NCBI GenBank assembly: GCA_001824275.1
Contig: MHWW01000003.1
Location: forward strand, 19,325-83,324
Length of the DNA stretch: 64,000 nucleotides
Reading direction: 5' to 3'
DNA from: Candidatus Zambryskibacteria bacterium RIFOXYC1_FULL_39_10
GTDB taxonomy: Bacteria; Patescibacteriota; Minisyncoccia; Phycocordibacterales; WO2-35-19
Shown here: positions 55,472-64,000 of the stretch, piece after piece
How positions within the stretch are numbered: position 1 is the first letter of the stretch
How the letters are laid out: every line of letters starts with the position of its first letter
Program-made: the position numbers and the translations under genes
The notes under the pieces: model-generated
The model's database searches: none
Told to the model about the DNA's origin: nothing
The model's input: the letters and a program-made list of their open reading frames with translations, nothing else

Positions 55472-56716
55472 TAACTTAATTTTGCGGGCGGCAAAAATAG
55501 TCATTTGCAGGAGTAGCCAGCCGTGTCTAAAACGGCTGATATTGGTAGTGCCATAAGTTCTCTCTTGATAATGAATCGGTAAATCAATAATTTTAAGATT
55601 GAGTTTGGCGGCACCAAAAAGCAAATCGAAATCGCCAAACGGATCAAAGTCACCAAAAAACTTTCGATTAGCTTTGACATCTTCATAATCCTTTTTCCAA
55701 ATTACTTTGGTGCCACAAAGGGTGTCTTTGAGTCTCTGATCCAAAATAGCACTGAACGCAAGACTGAAAAACTTATTGCCCAAAATATTGAGAACTCGCA
55801 TAGACTCTTTTTGAAGTGGATAAATTAAACGACAGCCGTTTATAAACTCTCCCTTATTTTGGACGATGGCATCATAAAATTTCTTCATTTCTGGTGCAGG
55901 CACTGTCATATCAGCATCATAAATGGTTAGTATATCCCCTGTTGCCATTTCAAACCCCTTTCTTACTGCATCACCCTTTCCTTTGTCTTCTTGTTTTCCA
56001 TATAATATTTTTTTAGTATTTTTATATTTTTCTGCAACCCGCACTATTTCATCGTAAGTATTATCAGTAGAATTCCCCTCAATAAATATTATTTCAGTAA
56101 ACGAGCCGAGATCTGGCAAATCTTTGGCAATCTTCTCTATCGTACCCGCTTCGTTTCTAGCCGGTACTACTATAGAAATAGACGGCAAACTTTTTTCATC
56201 AGAATAAGTTTTTGTTATATGCTTTCTTAAAACTACATAATGGAAAAGTCCCATTCTAGAGAAAGGAAAAATATTGGCGATATATTTGTTGAGGAATGAG
56301 GATACAACAGGAATGTAAATCGGCATTATCATTTTCGTACCAAACTTAATTACTTCCAAGTTGGCTAGGTGAGCAAAATTTTTGATATCGTTTATTGAAA
56401 GCCAATTTTGCTCTATTTTTAATGTAGATCTTAATCTAAATATTGAAGCCAATCGCAGCACCGGCTCCCACAATGAACTATATTGAGTAATCACTATTCG
56501 TCCATCATCATTTAAATACTTTTGTATCTCGGTAAAATATTTTTGAATATCATAAACATAACCAAGAGCATCAGAAACTACCAGGTAGTCATAATCACCC
56601 TTGGACTCTTCTTTTATTTCAAATTTGAGAGTTAAGGTCTTTTTATTACTTGGAACAAGAAAATTTAAGAAAGAATCTAAGTAATTATGGTAATAGTTTG
56701 CAAACAATTTGTTCAT
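55466..56716 (-). CDS. bifunctional methyltransferase-like / glycosyltransferase family 2 protein
   Basis: The C-terminal half SISIVVPARNE......IIFIEGNSTDNT...YDADM is GT2. The N-terminal half is MTase-like. Confidence 0.7.
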   Translation of the reverse strand: MNKLFANYYHNYLDSFLNFLVPSNKKTLTLKFEIKEESKGDYDYLVVSDALGYVYDIQKYFTEIQKYLNDDGRIVITQYSSLWEPVLRLASIFRLRSTLKIEQNWLSINDIKNFAHLANLEVIKFGTKMIMPIYIPVVSSFLNKYIANIFPFSRMGLFHYVVLRKHITKTYSDEKSLPSISIVVPARNEAGTIEKIAKDLPDLGSFTEIIFIEGNSTDNTYDEIVRVAEKYKNTKKILYGKQEDKGKGDAVRKGFEMATGDILTIYDADMTVPAPEMKKFYDAIVQNKGEFINGCRLIYPLQKESMRVLNILGNKFFSLAFSAILDQRLKDTLCGTKVIWKKDYEDVKANRKFFGDFDPFGDFDLLFGAAKLNLKIIDLPIHYQERTYGTTNISRFRHGWLLLQMTIFAARKIKLL

Positions 56717-57746
56717 ATAGTTTATCAGTTAAGGCCTTCAGGCTATGATTGTTTATAACATAATCTGTGAGTTTTTGACAGACTTCCTTTTTTAATACAG
56801 GAGGGGCGTTAAGCCAAAAATCTATCCTGCTAGCGACATCTTCCGGGTTAGGTTCTGCAATCATTCCCTCATCAATCTCCCCCGACAAAGACTTATTAGT
56901 GACGACAAGCAAACAACCACAAGCGGCTGCTTCTAAAATTGTTTTATCAAAACTGCCAGACGGAGTGAGGTTTACATAAATATTGTGCTCCCTATAAATT
57001 TTAGGAGTTTCGTAATTTGGTACACTTTTATAAAAATTAATTTTATTTTTTAAATTTAATTTCTCTACTTTATTTTTAAGAGATTCAAAATAATCTCCCG
57101 TATCTGGCGTTGGATTCCCATAAAAATCACAGACAAAATCAATTCCCTTTTTATCTAAAATATTTAAAGCCTCAACCAGCAAATCTGGTTTTTTAATCGT
57201 ATCCATCCTCCCCAAAAACAATATTTTATTCCTTATTTCGGATTTCGGATTTCGGATTTCGGATTTAAACACATTTGTGTTTATACCAACTGGCATCAAT
57301 ATAGTCTTCTTATATTTTGCCACAAAAGCAAATTTTGAAGTGCAAAAAACTTTATCTGCAAACCAGACTGCTATTCTGGTAAAAGTATTGCCAAATTGGT
57401 GATTTCGCCAAAAATATATTTTTTTTCTAAGAATTTTCCAAATAAATCCACCTAATAAAATGTATTCCTGATTCATGTGCACAAAAACAGAATCATATTC
57501 TTTGTGTAATCCTAAAATCAAATTTAGAAAATTTTTAACATATTTTATTTTGCTCTTACCAGACTCCTTACCTAAAGAATATACCTTCACATTGCTCGGC
57601 AGATTATATTCACCCTTTTCAAGGCAAATAACTGTTACTTTTTCAAACTTTTTAGAAAATTCTTCAATCCATCGATGGAAAAAACCAAGTATTGGGTCAT
57701 TTTTGTTCACTTTTTGAGTCAATATTAGTAAATTCATGACGGTCAA
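56685..57746 (-). CDS. glycosyltransferase family 4, containing an in-frame heptanucleotide repeat
   Basis: GT4 C-terminal pattern. The (GATTTCG)n tract at 57234-57266 encodes NPKSEIRNPKSEIRN. Confidence 0.75.
   Translation of the reverse strand: MTVMNLLILTQKVNKNDPILGFFHRWIEEFSKKFEKVTVICLEKGEYNLPSNVKVYSLGKESGKSKIKYVKNFLNLILGLHKEYDSVFVHMNQEYILLGGFIWKILRKKIYFWRNHQFGNTFTRIAVWFADKVFCTSKFAFVAKYKKTILMPVGINTNVFKSEIRNPKSEIRNKILFLGRMDTIKKPDLLVEALNILDKKGIDFVCDFYGNPTPDTGDYFESLKNKVEKLNLKNKINFYKSVPNYETPKIYREHNIYVNLTPSGSFDKTILEAAACGCLLVVTNKSLSGEIDEGMIAEPNPEDVASRIDFWLNAPPVLKKEVCQKLTDYVINNHSLKALTDKLYEQIVCKLLP
57234..57266. repeat. heptanucleotide tandem repeat (TATTTCG)(GATTTCG)x3 GATTT inside a GT4 gene
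   Basis: 7-bp unit, about 4.7 copies. A change of one unit shifts the frame. Confidence 0.85.
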
Positions 57747-57748
57747 GA

Positions 57749-58402
57749 TTATTCTTTCTTATTTTTAGAAATCCAAAATAAATCGAAAGCAAACAAAGAT
57801 GGAAAAATTTTTGATAATTTTCTGTATCGACCCAATCCAATTATTTTCACATCATTAAATTGTTTCTTTAGTATATCGTTAAGCTCACCATAACTGAATT
57901 GATTTATATGGGTTGGATCTGATAACGGAGTCCATTTTTTTGATCCGAATAAATATCTAATTCTGTTTTTCAAACTAAAAGCATTAGGTACCGAACCAAT
58001 AAAAATACCCTCGCTATTCATATGTCTTAATATAGATTTTAATATTTTTTCTGGATAATATAAATGTTCCAACACTTCACCCGCCACTACCACATCAAAT
58101 TTTTTGTCCCCCAGCTCATTCCAGTCACCATTCAAATCCATATGGATTGTTTTAATACCAAAATTCATTTCCGCTTCATGTAAAGCTTTTATATCTATAT
58201 CCACCCCAAGAATATCATTGTCATCTATAAAATGCTTCGTTAATGTGCCATCTCTACATCCTATATCAATAATCTTTTTACCTTTACCTATATATTTTTT
58301 TAACAAATCACCTCTCTCTTTCTCTAAAATACTAAAATTTTGCGGTCTATTATTTAGATGATGATCTTGATAAATTTTTTGAATTGAGTTTTTCATGTTC
58401 AT
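57749..58402 (-). CDS. class I SAM-dependent methyltransferase
   Basis: IIDIGCRDGTLT...VVVAGEVLEHLYYP. Confidence 0.72.
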   Translation of the reverse strand: MNMKNSIQKIYQDHHLNNRPQNFSILEKERGDLLKKYIGKGKKIIDIGCRDGTLTKHFIDDNDILGVDIDIKALHEAEMNFGIKTIHMDLNGDWNELGDKKFDVVVAGEVLEHLYYPEKILKSILRHMNSEGIFIGSVPNAFSLKNRIRYLFGSKKWTPLSDPTHINQFSYGELNDILKKQFNDVKIIGLGRYRKLSKIFPSLFAFDLFWISKNKKE

Positions 58403-58442
58403 GATATAAATATACCATCAAAAGATAATCTAGAAATACATT

Positions 58443-59993
58443 TTATTTCTCATTAAAGATAAAAAACTTATACAAGACAAAATTTTGAATCATTACAAAA
58501 AAGCCGGCAATGAGTTGAGCTAGAATATACCAGATTCCCAATATTTCCACACATAATGATATAAATATTGTATTAGTTATTACTCCTAAAACAGCCGCTA
58601 TAAAAAATCTAGAAAACTGATGGTGTATTTTATCTGTATTTTTATCCTCAAATACAACAAATTTTTGTAAAACAAAACTTACTATCAAAGAAATCAGAAA
58701 AGCGATAACTGAAGAGTATAAATACCAAATACCTAAAGTATCTGTAAAAATATATAGAGAAATAATATTTATAGCTGCAGATGTAATACCACATATAAAA
58801 TACCTGATAAGCATAATGGAATTAAAAACAGTTTTATTAAATTCAAAAACTCTAGATATAAAATTTCTCTTTTTATAATTATCTGCAGTTCTTATTACAG
58901 AGTCAGTATATTTTTTATAATAATCATCTAGCAAAGCTAAGTGTTTTTGCGCTTCCATTTTTGCCATCTCTCCCATTTTTTGGGCCAAGTTTTTATCCTG
59001 ATAAATTTTTAAAATATTATGGTTAAAAGATTCTGAGTCCTTAGCATCACAAACAAAAGCTGAATCTTTATTAAATACATCTCCAGCTATCCCAGTATCA
59101 GACAAAATCAGGGGTAATCCAAAATAAGCCGCTTCAACCGTAGAGACGCCGTAACCTTCGTAAAGTGATGCCGACACAAAAGCATCTGCCATTTTGTAAT
59201 ATGGCTTCAAATCATTCTCCCAACCTGTAAAATAAATTTGTTCCAAAATGCCCATATTTTGAGCCATTTTTTGAATATTAATTTTCTCTGATCCGTCCCC
59301 TACCAAACAAAGTCCAATATTTTTATTATCTAAATTTTTTATTGCCCTCAAAACTGTTTCAATATTCTTCTCTTTCTCTAAACGACAGACCATAATCAAA
59401 GTAAACGGAAAAGGCTTTTTAAAAGGTCTCCCCTTTGGCCCCTCATTTCCTAAGGGGAGACCTTGGGAAATTTCCATTTTTATAGGCAACACATCAATAT
59501 TTTTAGAAAATGCACCTATTGAATTTTTGATTCTTTCTGACACTACCCTCACCCTATCAGAATATTTCAAGGTAAATTCTGACATCATAAACCTAATTTT
59601 ATTTAGGAGTGACGATTCTCTAAAATATTTGTGTGCTAAATCAGTATGAATCTGAATATGGAGTGGCAAACCGTAAAACAATTTTACTAATGTTCCCACC
59701 ATACCGATCTCAAAAGGGTCTTGGCATGAAATTACATAGTTATTTGGTGAATTTTTGAATAATTTTCTAATGATCCTAAAATAATCAAAAAAATAAAATA
59801 TTCTTATATTAGATCTACTTGGATATAAAAATATGTTATCTGAAAGTTTTTGCTCTTGAAATTTTGAGTCATTTGGGGTAAAGACGATTATATGGATTTC
59901 TTCAAAATATTTACCGTATTCTATTTGCCTTTGCCTGACTGCAGAGTCTAACTCAAATATTTTTTGACCCATTCCTAAAGATATTAATTTCAT
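58443..59993 (-). CDS. GT4 glycosyltransferase fused to a C-terminal GtrA-like membrane domain
   Basis: The N-terminal ~380 aa are GT4-like. The C-terminal ~130 aa have 4 TM helices with a GtrA-like pattern. Confidence 0.65.
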   Translation of the reverse strand: MKLISLGMGQKIFELDSAVRQRQIEYGKYFEEIHIIVFTPNDSKFQEQKLSDNIFLYPSRSNIRIFYFFDYFRIIRKLFKNSPNNYVISCQDPFEIGMVGTLVKLFYGLPLHIQIHTDLAHKYFRESSLLNKIRFMMSEFTLKYSDRVRVVSERIKNSIGAFSKNIDVLPIKMEISQGLPLGNEGPKGRPFKKPFPFTLIMVCRLEKEKNIETVLRAIKNLDNKNIGLCLVGDGSEKINIQKMAQNMGILEQIYFTGWENDLKPYYKMADAFVSASLYEGYGVSTVEAAYFGLPLILSDTGIAGDVFNKDSAFVCDAKDSESFNHNILKIYQDKNLAQKMGEMAKMEAQKHLALLDDYYKKYTDSVIRTADNYKKRNFISRVFEFNKTVFNSIMLIRYFICGITSAAINIISLYIFTDTLGIWYLYSSVIAFLISLIVSFVLQKFVVFEDKNTDKIHHQFSRFFIAAVLGVITNTIFISLCVEILGIWYILAQLIAGFFVMIQNFVLYKFFIFNEK

Positions 59994-60994
59994 ATTTTTT
60001 TATATACTTCAATAAATTCCTCCGCTATTTGATCCCAAGTATGCACAAAGTTAAAGTTTTTTACTTTCTCTTTTGCTTTTTTATAACCATCTTCTGTTAA
60101 AAGATAAGAAATAGCTTCTTCTATTTCTTTTTCATTTAATGGATCAACAAAGGTCCCAGCCTCTCTTATCCTCTCATATATACCCACTTCCTTGGTACAT
60201 ATAAAGGGCCTGTTGAGCTTTATGGCGTCCAGTATCATATTTGGGCTTATATCACCAAGAGAAACCAAAATAACCGCATAAGCACCCTTCATCTTGTCTA
60301 TAAACTCCTGGTATGGCAGATTTTGAGTAAAAAGAGAAACCTCGCTGTTTTCTTTTTCTATTTTTTTAAAAACCTTTTCCAATACATCAAAATTTTTCCA
60401 TGTTAGATTTCTAGCAGAAGCTATAAATATTTTTGATCTAAAGTTTTCGTCAGATTCTTTGGGTCCATAATAATTTTCTACAATGCAAGTATTTTCCTCT
60501 TTCAGTCCATACTCTTTTACAAAGATATCTTTTTGCCACTTGGTTGAAAAGATAATGCGTCGAGTATTTTTAAGCGTCCATTTAGTAACTATGAAGATGA
60601 TTTTCTCTTTAAAAGTAAGCTTCCTTTTCTCTGTATTATAAAAATTTCTAAACAAAACTTTTTTATTGTGTCTCTCACAATATTGTTCCCAAAGAAAATC
60701 ACCTCCGGTTCTTATAATATTTTTTTTAAAAAATAGTCTGGATGCAAGGGCTGTCGGAAATCCTACTCCATATGTATCTAGCGCAAATACCATATCCGCT
60801 CTTAAAATAGAGGGTATTATTTTTAAAAAAAAGAAAATGTGTCTTATTCCTGTCGGAATTTTATTCTCTATAGTAAATGTTTTTACTGAAACGGAATGAC
60901 CTAGTTTTTCAAAAGCTTCCTTCAGATTTTTAGCGTATTGGGCTGGGCCCCCTATTTTGGGCGGATATATTCCTGTAGTGATAAGAATTTTCAT
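59990..60994 (-). CDS. glycosyltransferase family 4
   Basis: MKILITTGIYPPKIGGPAQY N-terminus. Confidence 0.72.
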   Translation of the reverse strand: MKILITTGIYPPKIGGPAQYAKNLKEAFEKLGHSVSVKTFTIENKIPTGIRHIFFFLKIIPSILRADMVFALDTYGVGFPTALASRLFFKKNIIRTGGDFLWEQYCERHNKKVLFRNFYNTEKRKLTFKEKIIFIVTKWTLKNTRRIIFSTKWQKDIFVKEYGLKEENTCIVENYYGPKESDENFRSKIFIASARNLTWKNFDVLEKVFKKIEKENSEVSLFTQNLPYQEFIDKMKGAYAVILVSLGDISPNMILDAIKLNRPFICTKEVGIYERIREAGTFVDPLNEKEIEEAISYLLTEDGYKKAKEKVKNFNFVHTWDQIAEEFIEVYKKI

Positions 60995-62193
60995 TTTATG
61001 TTAAATACCGCACTCATCTGCTTAGCTATTAAATCCCAATCGTATTTTTCTTTCACCATCTTATATGCATTTTCTATTATTTGATTTTTGTTTGGATCAG
61101 AAATTACTTTTTGAACTGTACTCACAATACTTTCTGGATTTTCGGGTTCACAAAAATAACCAGTTGCTATGGCATCAATCCCACTACACATAAGCTTCGC
61201 GGGACTAAAGAGAAAGTCAGTAATTCCGCCAACGGGGGTAGCAATGACTGGCAACTTAGCCGCCATCGCTTCTATAAAGGAAACTCCGAAGCCTTCAGAG
61301 AGTGAGGCTCTGATAAAAATATCACAAGCCTTCAAATATTTTGGAAGACTCTGGTGCGAAACCAAGCCCATAAAAATTACTCTGTCTGAAACCTTTAAGC
61401 TTTTAGCTTTAAGCTTTAAGCTTTCTTCTAAATAACCCTCTCCCAAAATTAAAAACTTAATATTCTCTGAAAGTTTTGTTAAAGCGTGAATCACATCCCC
61501 TACCCCATTTTTCTTTACCAACCTTGATGATGTGACCAAAACAATATCACCTTCTTTTAATTCTAATTCCTGTCTTATTTTTTTCCTTTCTTCTATTTCG
61601 GATTTCGAATTTCGGATTTCGAATTTATTGATGTCTACTCCGTTTGGAATTAGTTCAATCGGAACGTCCACGCCATTCTTTCGCATTCTTTCAATCAAAT
61701 AATTGCTTATTGCAGTTCCAAAATCTGCTTTTTGGAAAACAAGTAAGTGTAAGGGTTTAATTAGCCAGCGGTATAAAAAATTTACACCCAAAACATACCG
61801 CTTAAGATGCTCTTCTTCATCACCTTCTTGCATTGTCAAAATCAATTTAGGTTTTGATTCCTTAATTTTAAATTTAGCCGCCGCAATACTGGCTTGACTG
61901 GCCATCATAGACCAAACGACATCATATTTTTTTTCTTTATAGAGTTTAGCCGCTTTTCTGTGGCCAAAAAGTGCCAACCAAAGTTTATCTAAAGTTTTAA
62001 AACCAAAACCAACTCTGTAAACATTTATATTCCCGATTTTTTCAATACTAGGTAATTTCCGGTCCAGTTTGGCTGTAATCAAATCAAATTGAGTATCAAC
62101 AATTCTGTCAGTAATTTCTTTGACAGCCACCTCTGCCCCACCCACAAACGGGCAATAAGCAGTCGAAAATATGAGTATTTTTTGAGGATTCAT
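60991..62193 (-). CDS. glycosyltransferase family 4, containing an in-frame heptanucleotide repeat
   Basis: ILIFSTAYCPFVGGAEVAV N-terminus and a C-terminal GT4 pattern. The (RATTTCG)n tract at 61594-61626 encodes NSKSEIEE. Confidence 0.78.
   Translation of the reverse strand: MNPQKILIFSTAYCPFVGGAEVAVKEITDRIVDTQFDLITAKLDRKLPSIEKIGNINVYRVGFGFKTLDKLWLALFGHRKAAKLYKEKKYDVVWSMMASQASIAAAKFKIKESKPKLILTMQEGDEEEHLKRYVLGVNFLYRWLIKPLHLLVFQKADFGTAISNYLIERMRKNGVDVPIELIPNGVDINKFEIRNSKSEIEERKKIRQELELKEGDIVLVTSSRLVKKNGVGDVIHALTKLSENIKFLILGEGYLEESLKLKAKSLKVSDRVIFMGLVSHQSLPKYLKACDIFIRASLSEGFGVSFIEAMAAKLPVIATPVGGITDFLFSPAKLMCSGIDAIATGYFCEPENPESIVSTVQKVISDPNKNQIIENAYKMVKEKYDWDLIAKQMSAVFNIK
61594..61626. repeat. 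heptanucleotide tandem repeat TATTTCG GATTTCG AATTTCG GATTTCG AATTT inside a GT4 gene
   Basis: Same unit family as 57234-57266. Confidence 0.85.
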
Positions 62194-62222
62194 TAACTAA
62201 ATTATACCAGAAATCCTTATTT

Positions 62223-64000
62223 TTAGCCATTTAAAATTTTTCTGAGAGTATCTTCCGCAACCTCCTTTGGTTTACCGGCTTGCCCCGCCATAGCATTTTG
62301 CGAAGGCTGGGAGACTTTAATTAAATCAGGTTTCTTTTCTTCCCTTGCTACTCCCTGCTCGCTACTGACTACTTTCTGACTTTTAGCTTTCTCTATCGCC
62401 TCTTTCAGAGCATTCACTTTCTCAGGTGTCGCTTCTTTATTTTTATTTTTCTCCCCATGATTTAATTCATGCAGTGATACAACTTCTTTTTTAGGTTCCC
62501 CGCCCGCAACGCTCTCGCTTGCGAGGCGGGCGGGTATTTTTATTTCTTCCCCTTTTTTTCCAATTTCTAAACTCTTATTTCTAATCTCTTTTCCATTTAC
62601 TGCCTCCGCTATCGCTCCTGCTAAAATAGAATTTTTTTGTACCTGCTCTACCTGAGGTTTTGGTTGCTCATATTTTGGACGAGGTTCTTCAAACTTTTTT
62701 TCTACCGGTTTTGATTCGTATTTTGTTTCTCTTCTGGGTTCTTCCTTGTTCATTGGGATTTTGACATAATCTGGTTTTTTTTCTTCCCTTACTACTTGCT
62801 GCTTACTACTTACTACTGGTCTCTGCTCCGGCGCATGCCACTCCTCTATTGCCTTCTCTACATCAACCTTTGTCTGAGAATAAGTTTTGCGAGATAAATT
62901 TAGTGCCTCATCTCTAAACGAAGCCTCGGGTTTTGGGAATGGAGCTAAGGTGGTAGCTGAAAATGGTTGCGAGGCTACCCCATCTATCATTAGTTTTAAA
63001 TAAATTTGAACGAAACCAAGATTTACGATATCTTCAGCGGTGAAAACGGGAGCAAACTCCTTTTCCAAGACCTCAGCATCATAAGAACCGACTCTAAAAG
63101 TGACCATGGTCCCCACGTTACCAAAGACAGCCGCCCTCACTTCTTCAGCCATTTGTTCAATATATTGGTGAGTAATATTTAGACTAAGTTTATATTTCCT
63201 TGCTTCAGAGAGAATATCGGCAAAACTTTTGTTGGCAAAAGACTGAAACTCGTCCACATAAAGATAAAAGTTGGGCAACTTCTTAAGCTTAGTTGGATCA
63301 ACATCAGCGCGAGACATGGCGGCTAAATATATTTTGGTGACAAGCATCGCCCCCAAAAGGTTCGCGTTGTTTTCACCCACCAGCCCTTTTGAAAGGTTTA
63401 CTATCAAAATTTTCTTTTCATCCATTATCTTCCTCACATCAAAAGAAGATTTGGATTGCCCAACAATGTTTCGGATAAGCGGATTAGACACAAATTGACC
63501 GACTTTGTTTTGAATGGCTGGAGTAGCTTCAGCAGCATATTTGTCAGTATATTTGGCAAACTCATCAACCCAAAATGACTTGGTGGTTGGGTCTTTGACA
63601 TTATCAACCACTTTTTTTCGATATTCTTTATCAATAAGCATGCGGTTTATACCTAGCATTGTCGCTCCTGGATACTCCAAAAGAGCTGCCAAAGTATTTT
63701 GCAAAATGTAGGCCATACGAGCTGACCATTGATCCTCCCATATTTTTTCAAAGGCACTCATAAGACCTGAGACCACGAGGTGCCTCCTATCCGGACCGAC
63801 ATCTTCCATCACATTAAAAGAAATAGGAAATTCAGTATCAAAAGGAGCAAAATAAATAACATCTTTGATACGATGTTCTGGAATATAATCAAGCAAAAGG
63901 TCTGCGGTTTTGCCGTGCGGATCTAAGAAGGCCATCCCTTCGCCGTTTTGAATATCTTGAATAGCCATATTCTCAAGCATAGTAGATTTACCCATACCGG
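62223..64000 (-). CDS. TraD/VirD4-like type IV coupling protein family P-loop ATPase (partial; N-terminus beyond window end) with a Lys/Glu/Pro-rich C-terminal tail
   Basis: Walker A GKST, then DPHG, then YLYVDEFQSFA...ARKYKLSLNITHQYIEQ, which matches the T4CP TraG-D_C-like pattern. Confidence 0.6.
   Translation of the reverse strand, partial: GMGKSTMLENMAIQDIQNGEGMAFLDPHGKTADLLLDYIPEHRIKDVIYFAPFDTEFPISFNVMEDVGPDRRHLVVSGLMSAFEKIWEDQWSARMAYILQNTLAALLEYPGATMLGINRMLIDKEYRKKVVDNVKDPTTKSFWVDEFAKYTDKYAAEATPAIQNKVGQFVSNPLIRNIVGQSKSSFDVRKIMDEKKILIVNLSKGLVGENNANLLGAMLVTKIYLAAMSRADVDPTKLKKLPNFYLYVDEFQSFANKSFADILSEARKYKLSLNITHQYIEQMAEEVRAAVFGNVGTMVTFRVGSYDAEVLEKEFAPVFTAEDIVNLGFVQIYLKLMIDGVASQPFSATTLAPFPKPEASFRDEALNLSRKTYSQTKVDVEKAIEEWHAPEQRPVVSSKQQVVREEKKPDYVKIPMNKEEPRRETKYESKPVEKKFEEPRPKYEQPKPQVEQVQKNSILAGAIAEAVNGKEIRNKSLEIGKKGEEIKIPARLASESVAGGEPKKEVVSLHELNHGEKNKNKEATPEKVNALKEAIEKAKSQKVVSSEQGVAREEKKPDLIKVSQPSQNAMAGQAGKPKEVAEDTLRKILNG

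Overview
This is a low-GC (~33%) bacterial chromosomal fragment, with nearly all genes on the minus strand. The gene content suggests a reduced-genome, CPR/Patescibacteria-like organism: a giant 2416-aa tail-fibre-like surface protein, a TraD/VirD4-like ATPase, and housekeeping genes gatB and secA. That placement is inference from content and style, not a database hit.

Layout, in order along the window:
- **1-2.4 kb:** three adjacent predicted nuclease genes: a Zn-ribbon/HTH protein with a PD-(D/E)xK-like motif, a MazF/PemK-like protein, and an NYN/LabA-like protein. Two of them share an identical 47-bp 5' end. Three plus-strand mini-units sit antisense to them; each is a consensus promoter, then a GC hairpin, then a T-run.
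- **2.6-9.8 kb:** one 7.25-kb gene for a surface protein. It has an N-terminal excisionase-type HTH, a single TM helix, more than 20 GNVGIGTTSP repeats, internal duplications, and a C-terminal phage tail-fibre S74 intramolecular-chaperone domain.
- **9.85-11.6 kb:** an AT-rich stretch with three perfect DnaA-box 9-mers (a fourth lies at 24.25 kb), a standalone HTH_17 gene, a perfect 16-bp-arm palindrome, and a REP-associated tyrosine transposase (RAYT, IS200-like). C-rich REP-like hairpins are scattered elsewhere.
- **11.6-26.9 kb:** gatB, an alpha-glucan cluster (GH15, GH57, glycogen-synthase-like GT), AI-2E and DedA transporters, NUDIX, HAD, secA, and an O-antigen-ligase-like protein fused to TPR repeats.
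- **27-62 kb:** a very large surface-glycan locus.
  - It starts with an amidino-sugar trio (HisF-like, HisH-like, WbpG-like amidotransferase) and a complete nonulosonic-acid pathway (legionaminic/pseudaminic type) with two CMP-sugar cytidylyltransferases.
  - A two-gene island of about 50% GC interrupts it (radical SAM plus a GT-B-like protein).
  - It continues with at least 8 SAM-methyltransferase domains, about 12 glycosyltransferases (GT2, GT4, GT-C), a Wzx flippase and AsnB.
  - Two GT4 paralogs carry heptanucleotide (RATTTCG)n tracts in frame.
- **62.2-64.0 kb:** a partial TraD/VirD4-like P-loop ATPase.

No rRNA, tRNA or CRISPR array was seen. All functional calls are from reading motifs in the translations; no searches were run.
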